Shown here in pieces: positions 36,238 through 45,772 of a stretch of 64,000 nt of DNA (position 1 is its first letter; every line of letters starts with the position of its first letter). The DNA is taken from the NCBI GenBank assembly GCA_035294125.1, contig DATGLM010000064.1:29885-93884 (forward strand). The letters are read 5' to 3'. The notes below the pieces were generated by a model. It was given only the letters and a program-made list of their open reading frames with translations, was not told the DNA's origin and searched no databases. Both the position numbers and the translations under genes were made by a program. This stretch comes from Ktedonobacteraceae bacterium. GTDB taxonomy: Bacteria; Chloroflexota; Ktedonobacteria; Ktedonobacterales; Ktedonobacteraceae.

Positions 36238-37728
36238 TTAGTTGTCAATCTGGGCCTTCTGGAGTTTGCCACTGTAGTCGGTGTAAACGACTTTCCACTC
36301 GGTGAAGACATCGAGACCGGCGAGACCGGCTTCGCGGTGACCATTGCCGGTGCCGCGCGTGCCGCCGAAGGGGAACTGGATCTCCGCGCCCGTCGTGCCG
36401 GAGTTGACGTAGAGGATGCCGGTGGTGATGTCACGCATGGCGCGCTGCACGCGGTTGATATCCTGGGTGTAGATGGAACTGGAGAGGCCATATTTCGTGT
36501 TGTTGTTGACGGCGATGGCTTCGTCGAGCGAGTCAACGGCAATGACGGAGAGCGTGGGGCCGAAAATCTCCTCCTGCGCTAAACGCATAGCGGGGCGCAC
36601 ATCGCGGAAGAGGGTGGGACGATAGAAGTAGCCATGTGCAAGCGCGCCTTCGCGCATGATCTCGCCGCCCGTGACCAGTGTCGCGCCCTCGGCCTTGCCA
36701 ATCTCCGTGTAGCTGTGAATCTTCTCAAGCTGTGAGGCATTGATGACGGGGCCAACATCGACGCTTTCGTCCAGCCCGTTGCCCAGGCGCAGTTGCTCGA
36801 TGCGCGGCACCAGTCTATCCAGCAGCGCGTCCAGGACGGGTTGATGGACGATGAGGCGACTGCAGGCGGTGCAGCGCTGGCCGGTAGTGCCATAGGCGCT
36901 CCACAGGATGCCCTCGACGGCGAGATCGAGGTTGGCATCGTCCATGACGATGACAGCGTTCTTGCCGCCCATTTCCAGCGAGACGCGCTTGAGCGACCGC
37001 GCGGCCTCGATGGCAACGTGACGGCCCGATTCGGTCGAGCCGGTGAAGGAGATGACGGAAACGTCGGGATGGTGCAGCAGCGTCTCGCCCACCGTACCGC
37101 CGGGGCCAAAGACGATGTTGACCACGCCTTCGGGCAGACCGGCTTCGTAGAGAATCTCGACCAGCCGCAGCGCGCTTAACGGTGTATCGCTGGCGGGCTT
37201 GAAGACGATGGTGTTCCCGGCGACCAGGGCAGGGAACATCTTCCAGGTGGGGATGGCAATGGGAAAGTTCCAGGGCGTGATGCAGGCCACAACCCCCACA
37301 GGGTCACGCATTGCCAACCCCGATTTGTTGGGCAGTTCGACCGGCACGGTGTAGCCAAAGAGACGCCGACCCTCGCCGCCCATGTAGTAGGCCATATCGA
37401 TGCCCTCCTGCACGTCTCCGCGCGTCTCCTTCAGCACCTTGCCCATCTCCTGCGTCATCGTGCGCGCCAGGTCTTCTTTATGGCGGATGAGCAGTTCACC
37501 GGCGCGGAAAAGAATCTCGCCGCGTTTGGGCGCGGGGACGAGCCGCCACTTCTCAAAGGCGGCTCTGGCGGCCTCAACGGCAGCGTTAGCATCGGCCTCA
37601 CCTGAAAGCGGGAAATAGCCCAGGACTTCGCCGGTGGCCGGATTGTAGTTGGGGAACGTCTGGCCGCTCCGCGCATCCTGCCATTTGCCGCCGATGTAGT
37701 TCTGATAGGTGCGAGCTGTGGTGGTCAT
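36238..37728 (-). CDS. NAD(P)-dependent aldehyde dehydrogenase
   Basis: ALDH family. The N-terminus is MTTTARTYQNYIGGKW. The glutamate active-site motif (LEMGGKNA) and the catalytic Cys motif (TGQRCTA) are present. ATG at 37728 with a GGAG Shine-Dalgarno; the track ORF extends to 37809. Confidence 0.85.
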   Translation of the reverse strand: MTTTARTYQNYIGGKWQDARSGQTFPNYNPATGEVLGYFPLSGEADANAAVEAARAAFEKWRLVPAPKRGEILFRAGELLIRHKEDLARTMTQEMGKVLKETRGDVQEGIDMAYYMGGEGRRLFGYTVPVELPNKSGLAMRDPVGVVACITPWNFPIAIPTWKMFPALVAGNTIVFKPASDTPLSALRLVEILYEAGLPEGVVNIVFGPGGTVGETLLHHPDVSVISFTGSTESGRHVAIEAARSLKRVSLEMGGKNAVIVMDDANLDLAVEGILWSAYGTTGQRCTACSRLIVHQPVLDALLDRLVPRIEQLRLGNGLDESVDVGPVINASQLEKIHSYTEIGKAEGATLVTGGEIMREGALAHGYFYRPTLFRDVRPAMRLAQEEIFGPTLSVIAVDSLDEAIAVNNNTKYGLSSSIYTQDINRVQRAMRDITTGILYVNSGTTGAEIQFPFGGTRGTGNGHREAGLAGLDVFTEWKVVYTDYSGKLQKAQIDN

Positions 37729-37744
37729 AGAAATAACTCCTTCA

Positions 37745-37807
37745 GGATAGCAGAAGTACAAAGTGTGTTGCAGGCACCCACGCCAGTGGCATGGGTGCCT
37801 GCAACAC
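37745..37807. terminator. 26-bp perfect palindrome (hairpin) between rho stop and the aldehyde dehydrogenase start; probable terminator/insulator
   Basis: AGTACAAAGTGTGTTGCAGGCACCCA-CGCCAGTGGCA-TGGGTGCCTGCAACACACTTTGTACT. Confidence 0.55.
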
Positions 37808-37817
37808 ACTTTGTACT

Positions 37818-39077
37818 TTACATAATGCTCTTGTTGAGGGTGGCAAGGAACTCCATATTGTTGCTGGTCTTGGACATATGCTGGAGGAGGGCCTCCATCG
37901 CTTCCAGGCCGCGCTGGTCGGCCAGTGTCGAGAACATGCGGCGCATGACGACGACGGCGCGCAGCGTCTTTTCATCGAGCAGCAGTTCCTCACGGCGCGT
38001 GCTTGAGAGCGAGATGTCAATGGCCGGGAAGACACGGCGCTCGGCCAGTTTGCGGTTGAGCACGAGTTCCATGTTGCCGGTGCCTTTGAATTCTTCGTAG
38101 ATCACATCATCCATACGGCTGCCGGTATCGACAAGGGCCGTGGCGATGATGGTCAGGCTACCGCCTTCTTCGACTTTACGGGCCGCACCGAAGAAGCGCT
38201 TGGGCGGGAACAGTGCGCTCGGATCGAGACCGCCGGAGAGGGTACGCCCGCTGGGCTGCACGGCCAGGTTATAGGCGCGGCTCAAACGGGTAATACTATC
38301 CAGCAGGATCACCACGTCACGTCCGCCTTCGACCAGGCGCTTGGCGCGTTCCAGCACCATTTCGGCAACGCGGGTATGAGCCTCGGTTGGCTCGTCAAAT
38401 GTTGAACTGATGACCTCTGCGCGGACCGAACGTTTCATGTCGGTCACTTCTTCAGGTCGCTCGCCGATCAGGGCAATCATCAGGTGGACGTCATTGTAGT
38501 TCTCGGTGATGGAGTTGGCGATGGACTTGAGGAGCATGGTTTTGCCGGCTTTAGGAGGGGAGACGATCAGGCCGCGCTGTCCGCGCCCGATGGGGGCGAC
38601 GAGGTTAATCAAACGCCCGGAGATATTAGAAGGGACTGTTTCCAGATTGAACATCTCACGGGGAAAGATCGGGGTGAGCAGGTCAAAGTGCGGGCGGCGC
38701 TTGGCGATCTCAGGGTCCATGCCATTGATGGCTTCAACGCGCAAGAGACCGTAGTATTTTTCATTGTCCTTTGGCGGTCGAACCTGCCCGGAAACCATAT
38801 CGCCAGTCCTCAAGCCGAAGCGGCGAATCTGTGACTGGGAGACGTAGACATCCATGTTTCCTGGGAGGAAACGTTCCTGTCGGAGAAATCCGAAGCCATC
38901 TTCCACGATTTCCAATACACCTGCGCTGAAGATGTTCCCCTGTTGCTCGGTGTTGGCTTGAAGTAGGCGAAAGACGAGGTCTTGTTTTTTGAGGGCGGAA
39001 TAACCGGAGAGTTCGAGGTCGCGAGCAATGTCGCGCAGCTCCGTTATGGTTTTAGTTTCTAACTCAGCGATGTTCAC
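37818..39077 (-). CDS. rho: Transcription termination factor Rho
   Basis: N-terminal RNA-binding domain ([21 protein letters not shown]), a cold-shock-like OB fold, Walker [16 protein letters not shown], and the Q-loop and R-loop regions. The likely start is GTG at 39077 (VNIAELE...), giving ~420 aa; the track ORF continues to 39140. Confidence 0.85.
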   Translation of the reverse strand: MNIAELETKTITELRDIARDLELSGYSALKKQDLVFRLLQANTEQQGNIFSAGVLEIVEDGFGFLRQERFLPGNMDVYVSQSQIRRFGLRTGDMVSGQVRPPKDNEKYYGLLRVEAINGMDPEIAKRRPHFDLLTPIFPREMFNLETVPSNISGRLINLVAPIGRGQRGLIVSPPKAGKTMLLKSIANSITENYNDVHLMIALIGERPEEVTDMKRSVRAEVISSTFDEPTEAHTRVAEMVLERAKRLVEGGRDVVILLDSITRLSRAYNLAVQPSGRTLSGGLDPSALFPPKRFFGAARKVEEGGSLTIIATALVDTGSRMDDVIYEEFKGTGNMELVLNRKLAERRVFPAIDISLSSTRREELLLDEKTLRAVVVMRRMFSTLADQRGLEAMEALLQHMSKTSNNMEFLATLNKSIM

Positions 39078-39811
39078 GTTGTGTAGGGCGACGCAAATTC
39101 TTTGGGAAGAACACGCCCATTCTCCTTTCTTGATGAACATTAAGAAAATGGTGGGAAATGTTACCTACTGCGTATCCTGGAAAGTACTGGTACCGGTACG
39201 AATACCCGAATAACATGTGGCAACTGCTAACTTCTGAGAATACTGAGGTGCCTCACAGCCAATGTAACGTTTTCCATGAAATGGTTCGACATTGTACGAT
39301 TGGATACATACGGCATGCACAACAACATTCCGTTGAGAGAGTGCGGGCGAACGCAATCAGGTTATTGCGACTTTCTTATTCAGCCAACTCATGGAACGTT
39401 GGGAACGCGGTATGTATCCTGGAGCTAGCTTGAATATACCACAGGTATCAATGGATGTCAAGAGATGTCGTCTCCTGAAAAATCTACTCATAATTCTCTG
39501 ATGCGACCGGGCTTGTTATGGCTATCCGCCAGATCGATGGCGGACCAATATGTAAGCCGGAGCCTCGAAAAAGGTCGTTCCGAAAGCCGCCCCCGGCACA
39601 CAGCAGTAGTTCGCCCGAAAGCACGGGAAGATCATGAGCATGAGTATGAGGAATCGGGAATATCCACCTCAAAGAGGCATTCAGGCCGGATTGAGGGGAT
39701 TCGCACACGATCTGCCCGATTCATGATGGTCAAAAAAGCTCCTCCAAACGGAAATGCGCGCTTTAATAGAGCATCCTGGTGGTAGTTGTGATAATGGCAA
39801 CATCACAGCCT

Positions 39812-40359
39812 CTACCGGTGGTCGCGGCTCTTTCCAAACGCTTCCCCGATCACCTCAACAATCTGTTCGCGCTCGCAAGCGAGATGAATGCATGGGATTT
39901 CGGCCCAACCCAACTCTCGCTGCGTATCATAAAACGCGAACCATTCTCTGTCAATCCATGCGTCACATTGTCGTACAGAAGTACCGAGTCCGCGCCTTTC
40001 CAGTTCGCAATTCACCACGTTGTTTGCGTGTGGGTGCGCATAAAGGCGAGGCAAAGGCGAACCGAAACCGTGCGCGTAATGCGCCAGTTCGTGCGCCACC
40101 GTCGTAATTAATACGTATTCGGGCACCAATTCGTGTTGCAGCAGAGCGTTAATGCCGATGAACGAGGTCGTTTCATCGAGCGACATACGAATCAGGCCGA
40201 GTCGGCTTTTCCAGGGCCGACAATAGGCGATCTGTACCTCGTTGACGCGAGGAACGTCAGCGAAATAGCGTTCCCAGATGTACGCAAGATACGCTTTGAG
40301 GTTACGAGCGGCCAGCAGACGTGCCAGCTCTCCCCGCAAACCAGGATTGGTAGAAGCCC
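39812..40359 (-). CDS. Zinc-metalloprotease-like protein with HExxH motif (SprT/DUF45 YgjP-like)
   Basis: About 180 aa. It contains TVAHELAHYAHGF (HExxH). Start is taken at MSSGAS (40359) with a GAGGAG Shine-Dalgarno; the track ORF begins at 40405. Confidence 0.55.
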
Positions 40360-40641
40360 CCGACGACATACAAGACTCCTCTGGCCCACGGGCTATTGTT
40401 CGCACTTGAACTGCCCGGCAGGTGTTTGTGAGTCTAGTATAGGGATGCTACCAAATAGAACAAAAACGGGACAGGAGATATTCCCGGCCAATTGAAAGGC
40501 TTCCCGGCGGAGAGCAGGAAGCCTTTCGTTTCCATCTTGTTTTGTACCCCGCGAGGCTTGACAGCGCATGATATACTATTTTCGTGCTGGTGAAGACAGT
40601 TGGTAGAGTAGATAAAATTCTCGGATAATTGCCTCCTGCGC

Positions 40642-40713
40642 GACCGCGTAGCTCAGTGGTAGAGCACGCGCCTTTTAAGCGTGTGGTCGTGGGTTCGAGT
40701 CCCACCGCGGTCA
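40642..40713 (+). tRNA. tRNA-Lys (anticodon UUU)
   Basis: GACCGCG-TA-GCTCAGTGGTAGAGC-A-CGCGC-CTTTTAA-GCGTG-TGGTC-GTGGG-TTCGAGT-CCCAC-CGCGGTC-A folds as a cloverleaf with a 7-bp acceptor stem. The anticodon loop CUUUUAA places UUU at positions 34-36. CCA is not encoded. Confidence 0.85.
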
Positions 40714-40949
40714 TTTCTCGAACGCTGTAGCTCGCCTCGATCAGCCGCGCGATACTATAAGTCTGGCTTAGCTCTCCTACCGCCTTTGGGGTTCTGTTTC
40801 GGCCTCAATGTCTCCATAGCCCGCGTTGCTCCCTCATATGGTTTTGTAAGCTCAGCATTGAGCATGTAATATACTATAGAGCATATCCATACAAAGGCAT
40901 CCAGTTGGGTAGCACCCGCAATGGTTTTCTTTTAGAGACCGGCCAGAAT

Positions 40950-40966
40950 ACGTCATTCTGAACTTT
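40950..40966. repeat. Single copy of the GTCATTCTGA(A/G)C dispersed motif in the tRNA-uvrC intergenic region
   Basis: ACGTCATTCTGAACTTT; compare CATGTCATTCTGAGCG at 46692 and 55686, and CATGTCATTCAGAGCG at 21245/21312. Confidence 0.35.
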
Positions 40967-41044
40967 CATCGTAGCTCAAAAAGCGGTATAATAAAGAGGC
41001 AAATTTTCCCGATTTCCCGAAGAATCTGGTAAGAAAGCATCTTT

Positions 41045-43075
41045 ATGAACGAAAAAATACAGTCTGTTTTACATTCATTGCCGCATAAGCCGGGCATTTA
41101 CTTGATGAAGGATGCCGAGGGCACTATCTTATATGTTGGAAAAGCTATCTCGCTCTATAATCGCGTGCGTTCCTATTTCCAGGAATCGACCGATCTCAGT
41201 CCGAAGAATCGCAGTATGGTGGCGAAGGTGGACGATATCGAGTTTGTGGTGGTCAAGAACGAGGTCGAGGCGCTGGTCCTGGAAAGCAACTATATCAAGC
41301 AGTATCGCCCGAAGTATAATGTGCTGCTGCGTGACGATAAGAACTACCCGTATATCAAGGTCGCGCTGACGGAGGACTTTCCCCGCGTCTATCGCGTGCG
41401 TAGCTTCCAGCGCGACGGCAACCGCTACTTTGGCCCCTATACCAATTCGGGGGCGGTAGATGCCACGCTCGACCTGCTCAACAAGCTTTTTGCCTTCCGC
41501 ACCTGCCGCTATGACGCCAGCGCGTGGGCCCCGCCTCGCGGCACGCTGCCGATGCTCAACGCGAATGGCGGGCAAACTGGCAACGGCTCAAATGGGAGCC
41601 ATGAAGCCGCTTCTAAGAAGGAGCCAGCCACGGAATGGAAGCAGAAGCTGCTGCCGCGCCCCTGTACGCAGTATTACATCCATCGCTGTATTGCTCCCTG
41701 TGTTGGTTATGCCACGCGGGAGGAGTACGATGCTGTTATCCAGCAGGTGATCCTCTTCCTGGAGGGCAAGCATGACGAGGTGCTGAAGGAGCTTGAGAAG
41801 AAGATGGAGGAGGCGGCGGAAAACCTCAATTTTGAGGAGGCGGCGCGCATCCGCGACCGCATCAAGGCCGTGGAGAATATTCTGGAGAAGCAGCGCATCA
41901 TCTCGACTGAGGGGCAGGACGACCAGGACGTGATCGCGCTGGCAAGCGGCGACGACGAGACCTGCGCCCAGGTATTCTTCTTCCGTTCCGGCAAGCTGAT
42001 CGGGCGCGAATACTTCATCCTGCAAGGCACCCGCGATAGCTCCCCGGCGGAGGTGATGAGTTCCTTCCTGCAACAGTTCTACGAGACGGCGGCGCATATC
42101 CCTTCGGAAATCGTGGTCGAGGTAGAGCCAGAAGATAGGACCGTTATCCTGGCATGGCTGAAGGAGCGGCGCAAGGGCGCGCTCAGCATCACGGAACCCA
42201 AACGCGGCGAGAAGCTGCGCCTGGTGGAGATGGTCAGGCAGAACGCGCAGGAGGTACTGGAGCAGCAGCGCATCAAGTGGCTGACGGACAGCCAGAAGAC
42301 GCAACTCGCGCTGGAAGAATTGCAGGCCGCGCTTAACCTCGCCGCGCCGCCTCAGCGCATCGAGTGCTACGACATCTCCAACACACAGGGAACCAACTCG
42401 GTTGGCGCGATGGTCGTCTTCGAGGGTGGGCGCCCAAAGAATAGCGAGTATCGCCGCTTCAAGATTAAGACCGTTGAAGGCCCCAATGACTTCGCCAGTC
42501 ACCAGGAGGTGCTGCGACGCCGCTTCCGCCGCGCCGCGAAAGCCGAGACGGAGACGATAGAGAAAGAGGCCGGTGAAAGCATGGGCGTGGAGCCGGTCGA
42601 GGAAGAGGGCGCAACGCAGGCCGATCATGCCCACGACTGGGCTTTGCCCGACCTGATTATCATTGATGGCGGCAAAGGCCAGCTCAGCGCCGCGCTGGAG
42701 GTCTTGCAGGAATTGCATGTTGACATCCCGGTTGTGGGGCTGGCGAAGGAGAACGAGGAGATTTTCATTCCCGGCTCGCCTGACCCCATCATTCTGCCGC
42801 GTTCGTCGCAGGGCCTCTACATGGTGCAGCGCATCCGCGACGAGGCTCATCGCTTCGGCATTACCTATCACCGCAAGCTGCGCTCAGACCGCACCTTCAG
42901 GTCCGTGCTGGATGAGATTCCCGGCATCGGCCCCAAACGCAAGCAGGCGCTCATGAAGCATTTTGGCTCCGTGCGTGCCATCAGCGCAGCCAGCCTGGAA
43001 GAACTTGCCGCCCTCGACGGCATGAACCGACAGGCCGCGGAGAAAGTCAAAGAGTATATCGGGCAAATCGAGTAA
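41045..43075 (+). CDS. uvrC: Excinuclease ABC subunit C (UvrC)
   Basis: N-terminal GIY-YIG domain (PGIYLMKDAEGTILYVGKA...), the UvrBC interaction region, and a C-terminal RNase-H-like endonuclease plus HhH domain (IPGIGPKRKQALMKHFGS). Confidence 0.9.
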   Translation: MNEKIQSVLHSLPHKPGIYLMKDAEGTILYVGKAISLYNRVRSYFQESTDLSPKNRSMVAKVDDIEFVVVKNEVEALVLESNYIKQYRPKYNVLLRDDKNYPYIKVALTEDFPRVYRVRSFQRDGNRYFGPYTNSGAVDATLDLLNKLFAFRTCRYDASAWAPPRGTLPMLNANGGQTGNGSNGSHEAASKKEPATEWKQKLLPRPCTQYYIHRCIAPCVGYATREEYDAVIQQVILFLEGKHDEVLKELEKKMEEAAENLNFEEAARIRDRIKAVENILEKQRIISTEGQDDQDVIALASGDDETCAQVFFFRSGKLIGREYFILQGTRDSSPAEVMSSFLQQFYETAAHIPSEIVVEVEPEDRTVILAWLKERRKGALSITEPKRGEKLRLVEMVRQNAQEVLEQQRIKWLTDSQKTQLALEELQAALNLAAPPQRIECYDISNTQGTNSVGAMVVFEGGRPKNSEYRRFKIKTVEGPNDFASHQEVLRRRFRRAAKAETETIEKEAGESMGVEPVEEEGATQADHAHDWALPDLIIIDGGKGQLSAALEVLQELHVDIPVVGLAKENEEIFIPGSPDPIILPRSSQGLYMVQRIRDEAHRFGITYHRKLRSDRTFRSVLDEIPGIGPKRKQALMKHFGSVRAISAASLEELAALDGMNRQAAEKVKEYIGQIE

Positions 43076-43109
43076 GATGATAAACTCATTAGCACTCGGT
43101 AGAAACGAT

Positions 43110-43139
43110 TGACAAGTTATCCTGAGCAAGTTACTATAG
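43110..43139 (+). promoter_or_regulatory. Candidate sigma70-type promoter (TTGACA-17-TACTAT) upstream of the FmdB-family gene
   Basis: TTGACAAGTTATCCTGAGCAAGTTACTATAGT. Confidence 0.35.
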
Positions 43140-43265
43140 TATTGAAAGTGTGGAAGCGCGACGAGGGTGCGCGCTGTTATAGAGAGTAGGCAACCTGTCT
43201 AAGGTCAGTCCGACGTAGAAGAAAGTTGTGTGTCATCATCGTAGTATGATAGAGGTGTCTGGAAC

Positions 43266-43568
43266 ATGCCGACGTATGAATATGTATGTCATGATTGTAA
43301 CAACCGTTTTGAGAAATGGCAGAAAATGAGCGAAGCGCCGCTCACCACGTGTCCCACCTGCGGTGGTCACATCCGCCGCGTCTTTTATCCCGCCGGAATT
43401 GTTTTTAAAGGCTCAGGTTTCTATAAGACAGATCATCCTGGCGCGAGCAGGCATGTACATAGTGAGGAAAAGAGCGAGAGCAAGGCCGAGCCAGCCGCCG
43501 CTACTGCTTCTACGACTTCCTCTGGCGAAAGCAAAGCGACCAGCAAGACGGAAAGCAAAGCATCCTGA
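43266..43568 (+). CDS. FmdB-family zinc-ribbon protein with Ser/Thr/Lys-rich C-terminal tail
   Basis: MPTYEYVCHDCNNRFEK...CPTCGG. CxxC-(about 20)-CxxC is the FmdB-type zinc ribbon. Confidence 0.7.
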   Translation: MPTYEYVCHDCNNRFEKWQKMSEAPLTTCPTCGGHIRRVFYPAGIVFKGSGFYKTDHPGASRHVHSEEKSESKAEPAAATASTTSSGESKATSKTESKAS

Positions 43569-43652
43569 ACAAATCCAACAGATATGTCGAGTATGGCATT
43601 CGATACATACCATACATACCTCGATATACATCGTAGGCAGAGGAGAAAAACG

Positions 43653-43865
43653 ATGCCTGAATCGGTTCTTGCGTCTATGCAGAGGCGGCAAATCGAGATT
43701 ACCATTGGCGAACTGCTCCTCACCAGCGACCACTATATGCGCCAGGGGATTATCGAGCGACTGCGTCACCTCATTGCGCACGCCGACCCCACGCTGGATA
43801 AGTCGCAGCTCAGCGAACTCGCAATAGAAGAATTACAGGAATTAAACCTGCTCCCACCCGAATAG
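43653..43865 (+). CDS. Small hypothetical protein (70 aa), possibly co-transcribed with the downstream histidine kinase
   Basis: MPESVLASMQRRQIEITIGELLLTSDHYMRQGIIERLRHLIAHADPTLDKSQLSELAIEELQELNLLPPE. Predicted helical. No homology recognised. Confidence 0.3.
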   Translation: MPESVLASMQRRQIEITIGELLLTSDHYMRQGIIERLRHLIAHADPTLDKSQLSELAIEELQELNLLPPE

Positions 43866-44019
43866 CAGATGTTATATAAGACAAAACTCCTAGTACAATG
43901 TGTTTTTCTGCACATTAGAGCACGCCAGAGTGTATACTAATGACAGAGTTCTTGTGCCGTGGGAGATACAGGGGCTTCTGGCAGTTGCGTTTTCTCATTG
44001 TGGGCGAGCAGGTAGAGTC

Positions 44020-44838
44020 ATGCAGGTTCAGCACGAGCAATCACACGAGCGATCAAACGAAGAGATTATTGAGGCATTACAGCGCCAGGTCAATGAACTC
44101 AAGACGGCTAATCTCGCTCTCCAGGAGCAACTTGAGCGGCGCGAGCAATTCAACGCTATGGTTGCTCACGAACTGCGTGGCCCGCTGACTCCTATCATCA
44201 ACTACGCGGAACTGCTGCTACGCCCGGATCTCAAGCCAGAGGCAACTCAGAAACGCGCGCGGATCATTATCAGCCAGGCGCGCCGCCTCGAACGGCTCGT
44301 CAACGACCTGCACGACGCCTCGCGTCTCTCCAGCGGCCAGTTCACACTCAACCGCACACCCTGCGATATCGCCGCGCTTGCTCGTGAGGTCGTGGAGCAA
44401 CTCAGTCCGCTCGCTCCCTACCACAAATTCAGTATCGAGACACCTGCTACCACCGTTACAGGCAACTGGGATTGTGGACGACTGCAACAGGTGCTCGGCA
44501 ACCTGCTCGACAACGCCATCAAATACTCGGACGAAGGCTCAACCATCACCGTGCGCATCACCATTTGCGGACAGTCAGTGGAGCCGGAAGAGGGGCAGGA
44601 GACAAAGAAGGTAGCGCGCGTCAGCGTCCACAATCAGGGCATCGCCATTCCCCCGGCGGAGATCGGGCAGTTGTTCCGCCCCTATGGCCGCCTGCAAAGC
44701 AGTGCCGGTCACCAGGGTTCCGGTCTCGGCCTCTACATCGCCAAGTGCATCGTCGATACCCATGGGGGCACCCTCCAACTCGAACCACCCGGCCCCGAAA
44801 CATCTGGAACAACCTTCTCGTTCGATTTGCCGATGTAG
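44020..44838 (+). CDS. Soluble sensor histidine kinase (coiled-coil, HisKA, HATPase_c); no adjacent response regulator
   Basis: H-box FNAMVAHELRGPLTPI, N-box LGNLLDNAIKYS, and G-boxes HNQGIAIPPAE and GHQGSGLGLYIAKCIV. Confidence 0.8.
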   Translation: MQVQHEQSHERSNEEIIEALQRQVNELKTANLALQEQLERREQFNAMVAHELRGPLTPIINYAELLLRPDLKPEATQKRARIIISQARRLERLVNDLHDASRLSSGQFTLNRTPCDIAALAREVVEQLSPLAPYHKFSIETPATTVTGNWDCGRLQQVLGNLLDNAIKYSDEGSTITVRITICGQSVEPEEGQETKKVARVSVHNQGIAIPPAEIGQLFRPYGRLQSSAGHQGSGLGLYIAKCIVDTHGGTLQLEPPGPETSGTTFSFDLPM

Positions 44839-44943
44839 CTGACCTCCTTGCTCAAGAAAAAACATAGCATCCAGTCGCGCTTTCCGTTATAATGCATGTA
44901 CAATGTAGAGGGCAAAGATGCTATGTGAGAGAGGGTTATATCT

Positions 44944-45687
44944 ATGGCGCAAACTGATAAACCGGCTCCAGAACAGGAGAGCGCTACGAACACCACCAAC
45001 ACTACAAGCAAGCCGAACAAGATACCGCATCGCAGCCAGACGATTGAGCTGGAGATGTTCCATAAGGCGTGGGTATCCAGAGGTACGGCCATTATTGGCC
45101 TGCTTCTGATCGGTGTCCTGTACGCCTTTTTGCCCGATACGCTGAGAGTTGGTCCTCCCTGGCTCCTGGTGGCTATCGAGATTGTCCTGATTCTGCCTGT
45201 TGCCTCATCCTGGGTGACGAACAATTTTCTGTCGTATAATCTCATCCGTATGTTGAGCCTGATTGTGCTGGGCATCGCTACAGTGGGACTGGCGATTAGC
45301 CTTATCCAGCTCATCAGAACATTGCCGACTATCACACGACCGGGTGATCTCTTGCGCCCTACCGCGTTGCTCTGGGCCGCAAATGTCCTCTTCTTCGGCC
45401 TGCTGTACTGGGAGATCGATGGTGGTGGACCGAAAGCGCGTCATATGAACGGGCATCGCGCCGCCGATTTCATGTTTCCGCAACAGGCAACGAATGAAAA
45501 TGAATTCGAGAACTGGATGCCCCTTTTCTTCGATTACCTGTTCGTGGCCTTCACCGGCGCGACGGCTTTCAGCCCCACCGACACCTATCCACTGACGCGC
45601 CGGGCCAAAGCTCTTATGATGCTCGAAGGCATGCTCTCCGTCACGATTGTGGCGATCCTGATCGGGCGTGTGGCGAACATCTTCTAA
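44944..45687 (+). CDS. Integral membrane protein, DUF1345-like (contains a pore-loop-like segment FTGATAFSPTDTYP)
   Basis: 247 aa, four to five TM helices. The family assignment is from memory of the DUF1345 pattern, so confidence is moderate. Confidence 0.45.
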   Translation: MAQTDKPAPEQESATNTTNTTSKPNKIPHRSQTIELEMFHKAWVSRGTAIIGLLLIGVLYAFLPDTLRVGPPWLLVAIEIVLILPVASSWVTNNFLSYNLIRMLSLIVLGIATVGLAISLIQLIRTLPTITRPGDLLRPTALLWAANVLFFGLLYWEIDGGGPKARHMNGHRAADFMFPQQATNENEFENWMPLFFDYLFVAFTGATAFSPTDTYPLTRRAKALMMLEGMLSVTIVAILIGRVANIF

Positions 45688-45772
45688 TCCATCCCGCTTT
45701 CCTGAAAGAGGCATTGCAAGCGCTGCCCGCGACGACGCAGCACATTGTTCATAAGGATACTGCTCTTCAGGG

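Noticed and set aside
35846-36240. T-box riboswitch upstream of the DAHP synthase gene
   Set aside because: I could not find the conserved T-box sequence or a specifier-loop arrangement by eye. It is retained only as an unassigned attenuator; see the DAHP synthase leader finding.
39465-39785. 106-aa + strand ORF in the rho upstream gap
   Set aside because: It has an Arg/Ser-rich, low-complexity translation and no Shine-Dalgarno. It lies in a region better explained as the rho leader.
41588-42871. 427-aa minus-strand ORF inside uvrC
   Set aside because: It is antisense to a confidently identified UvrC and has low-complexity Arg/Leu/Ala composition typical of GC-rich antisense frames.
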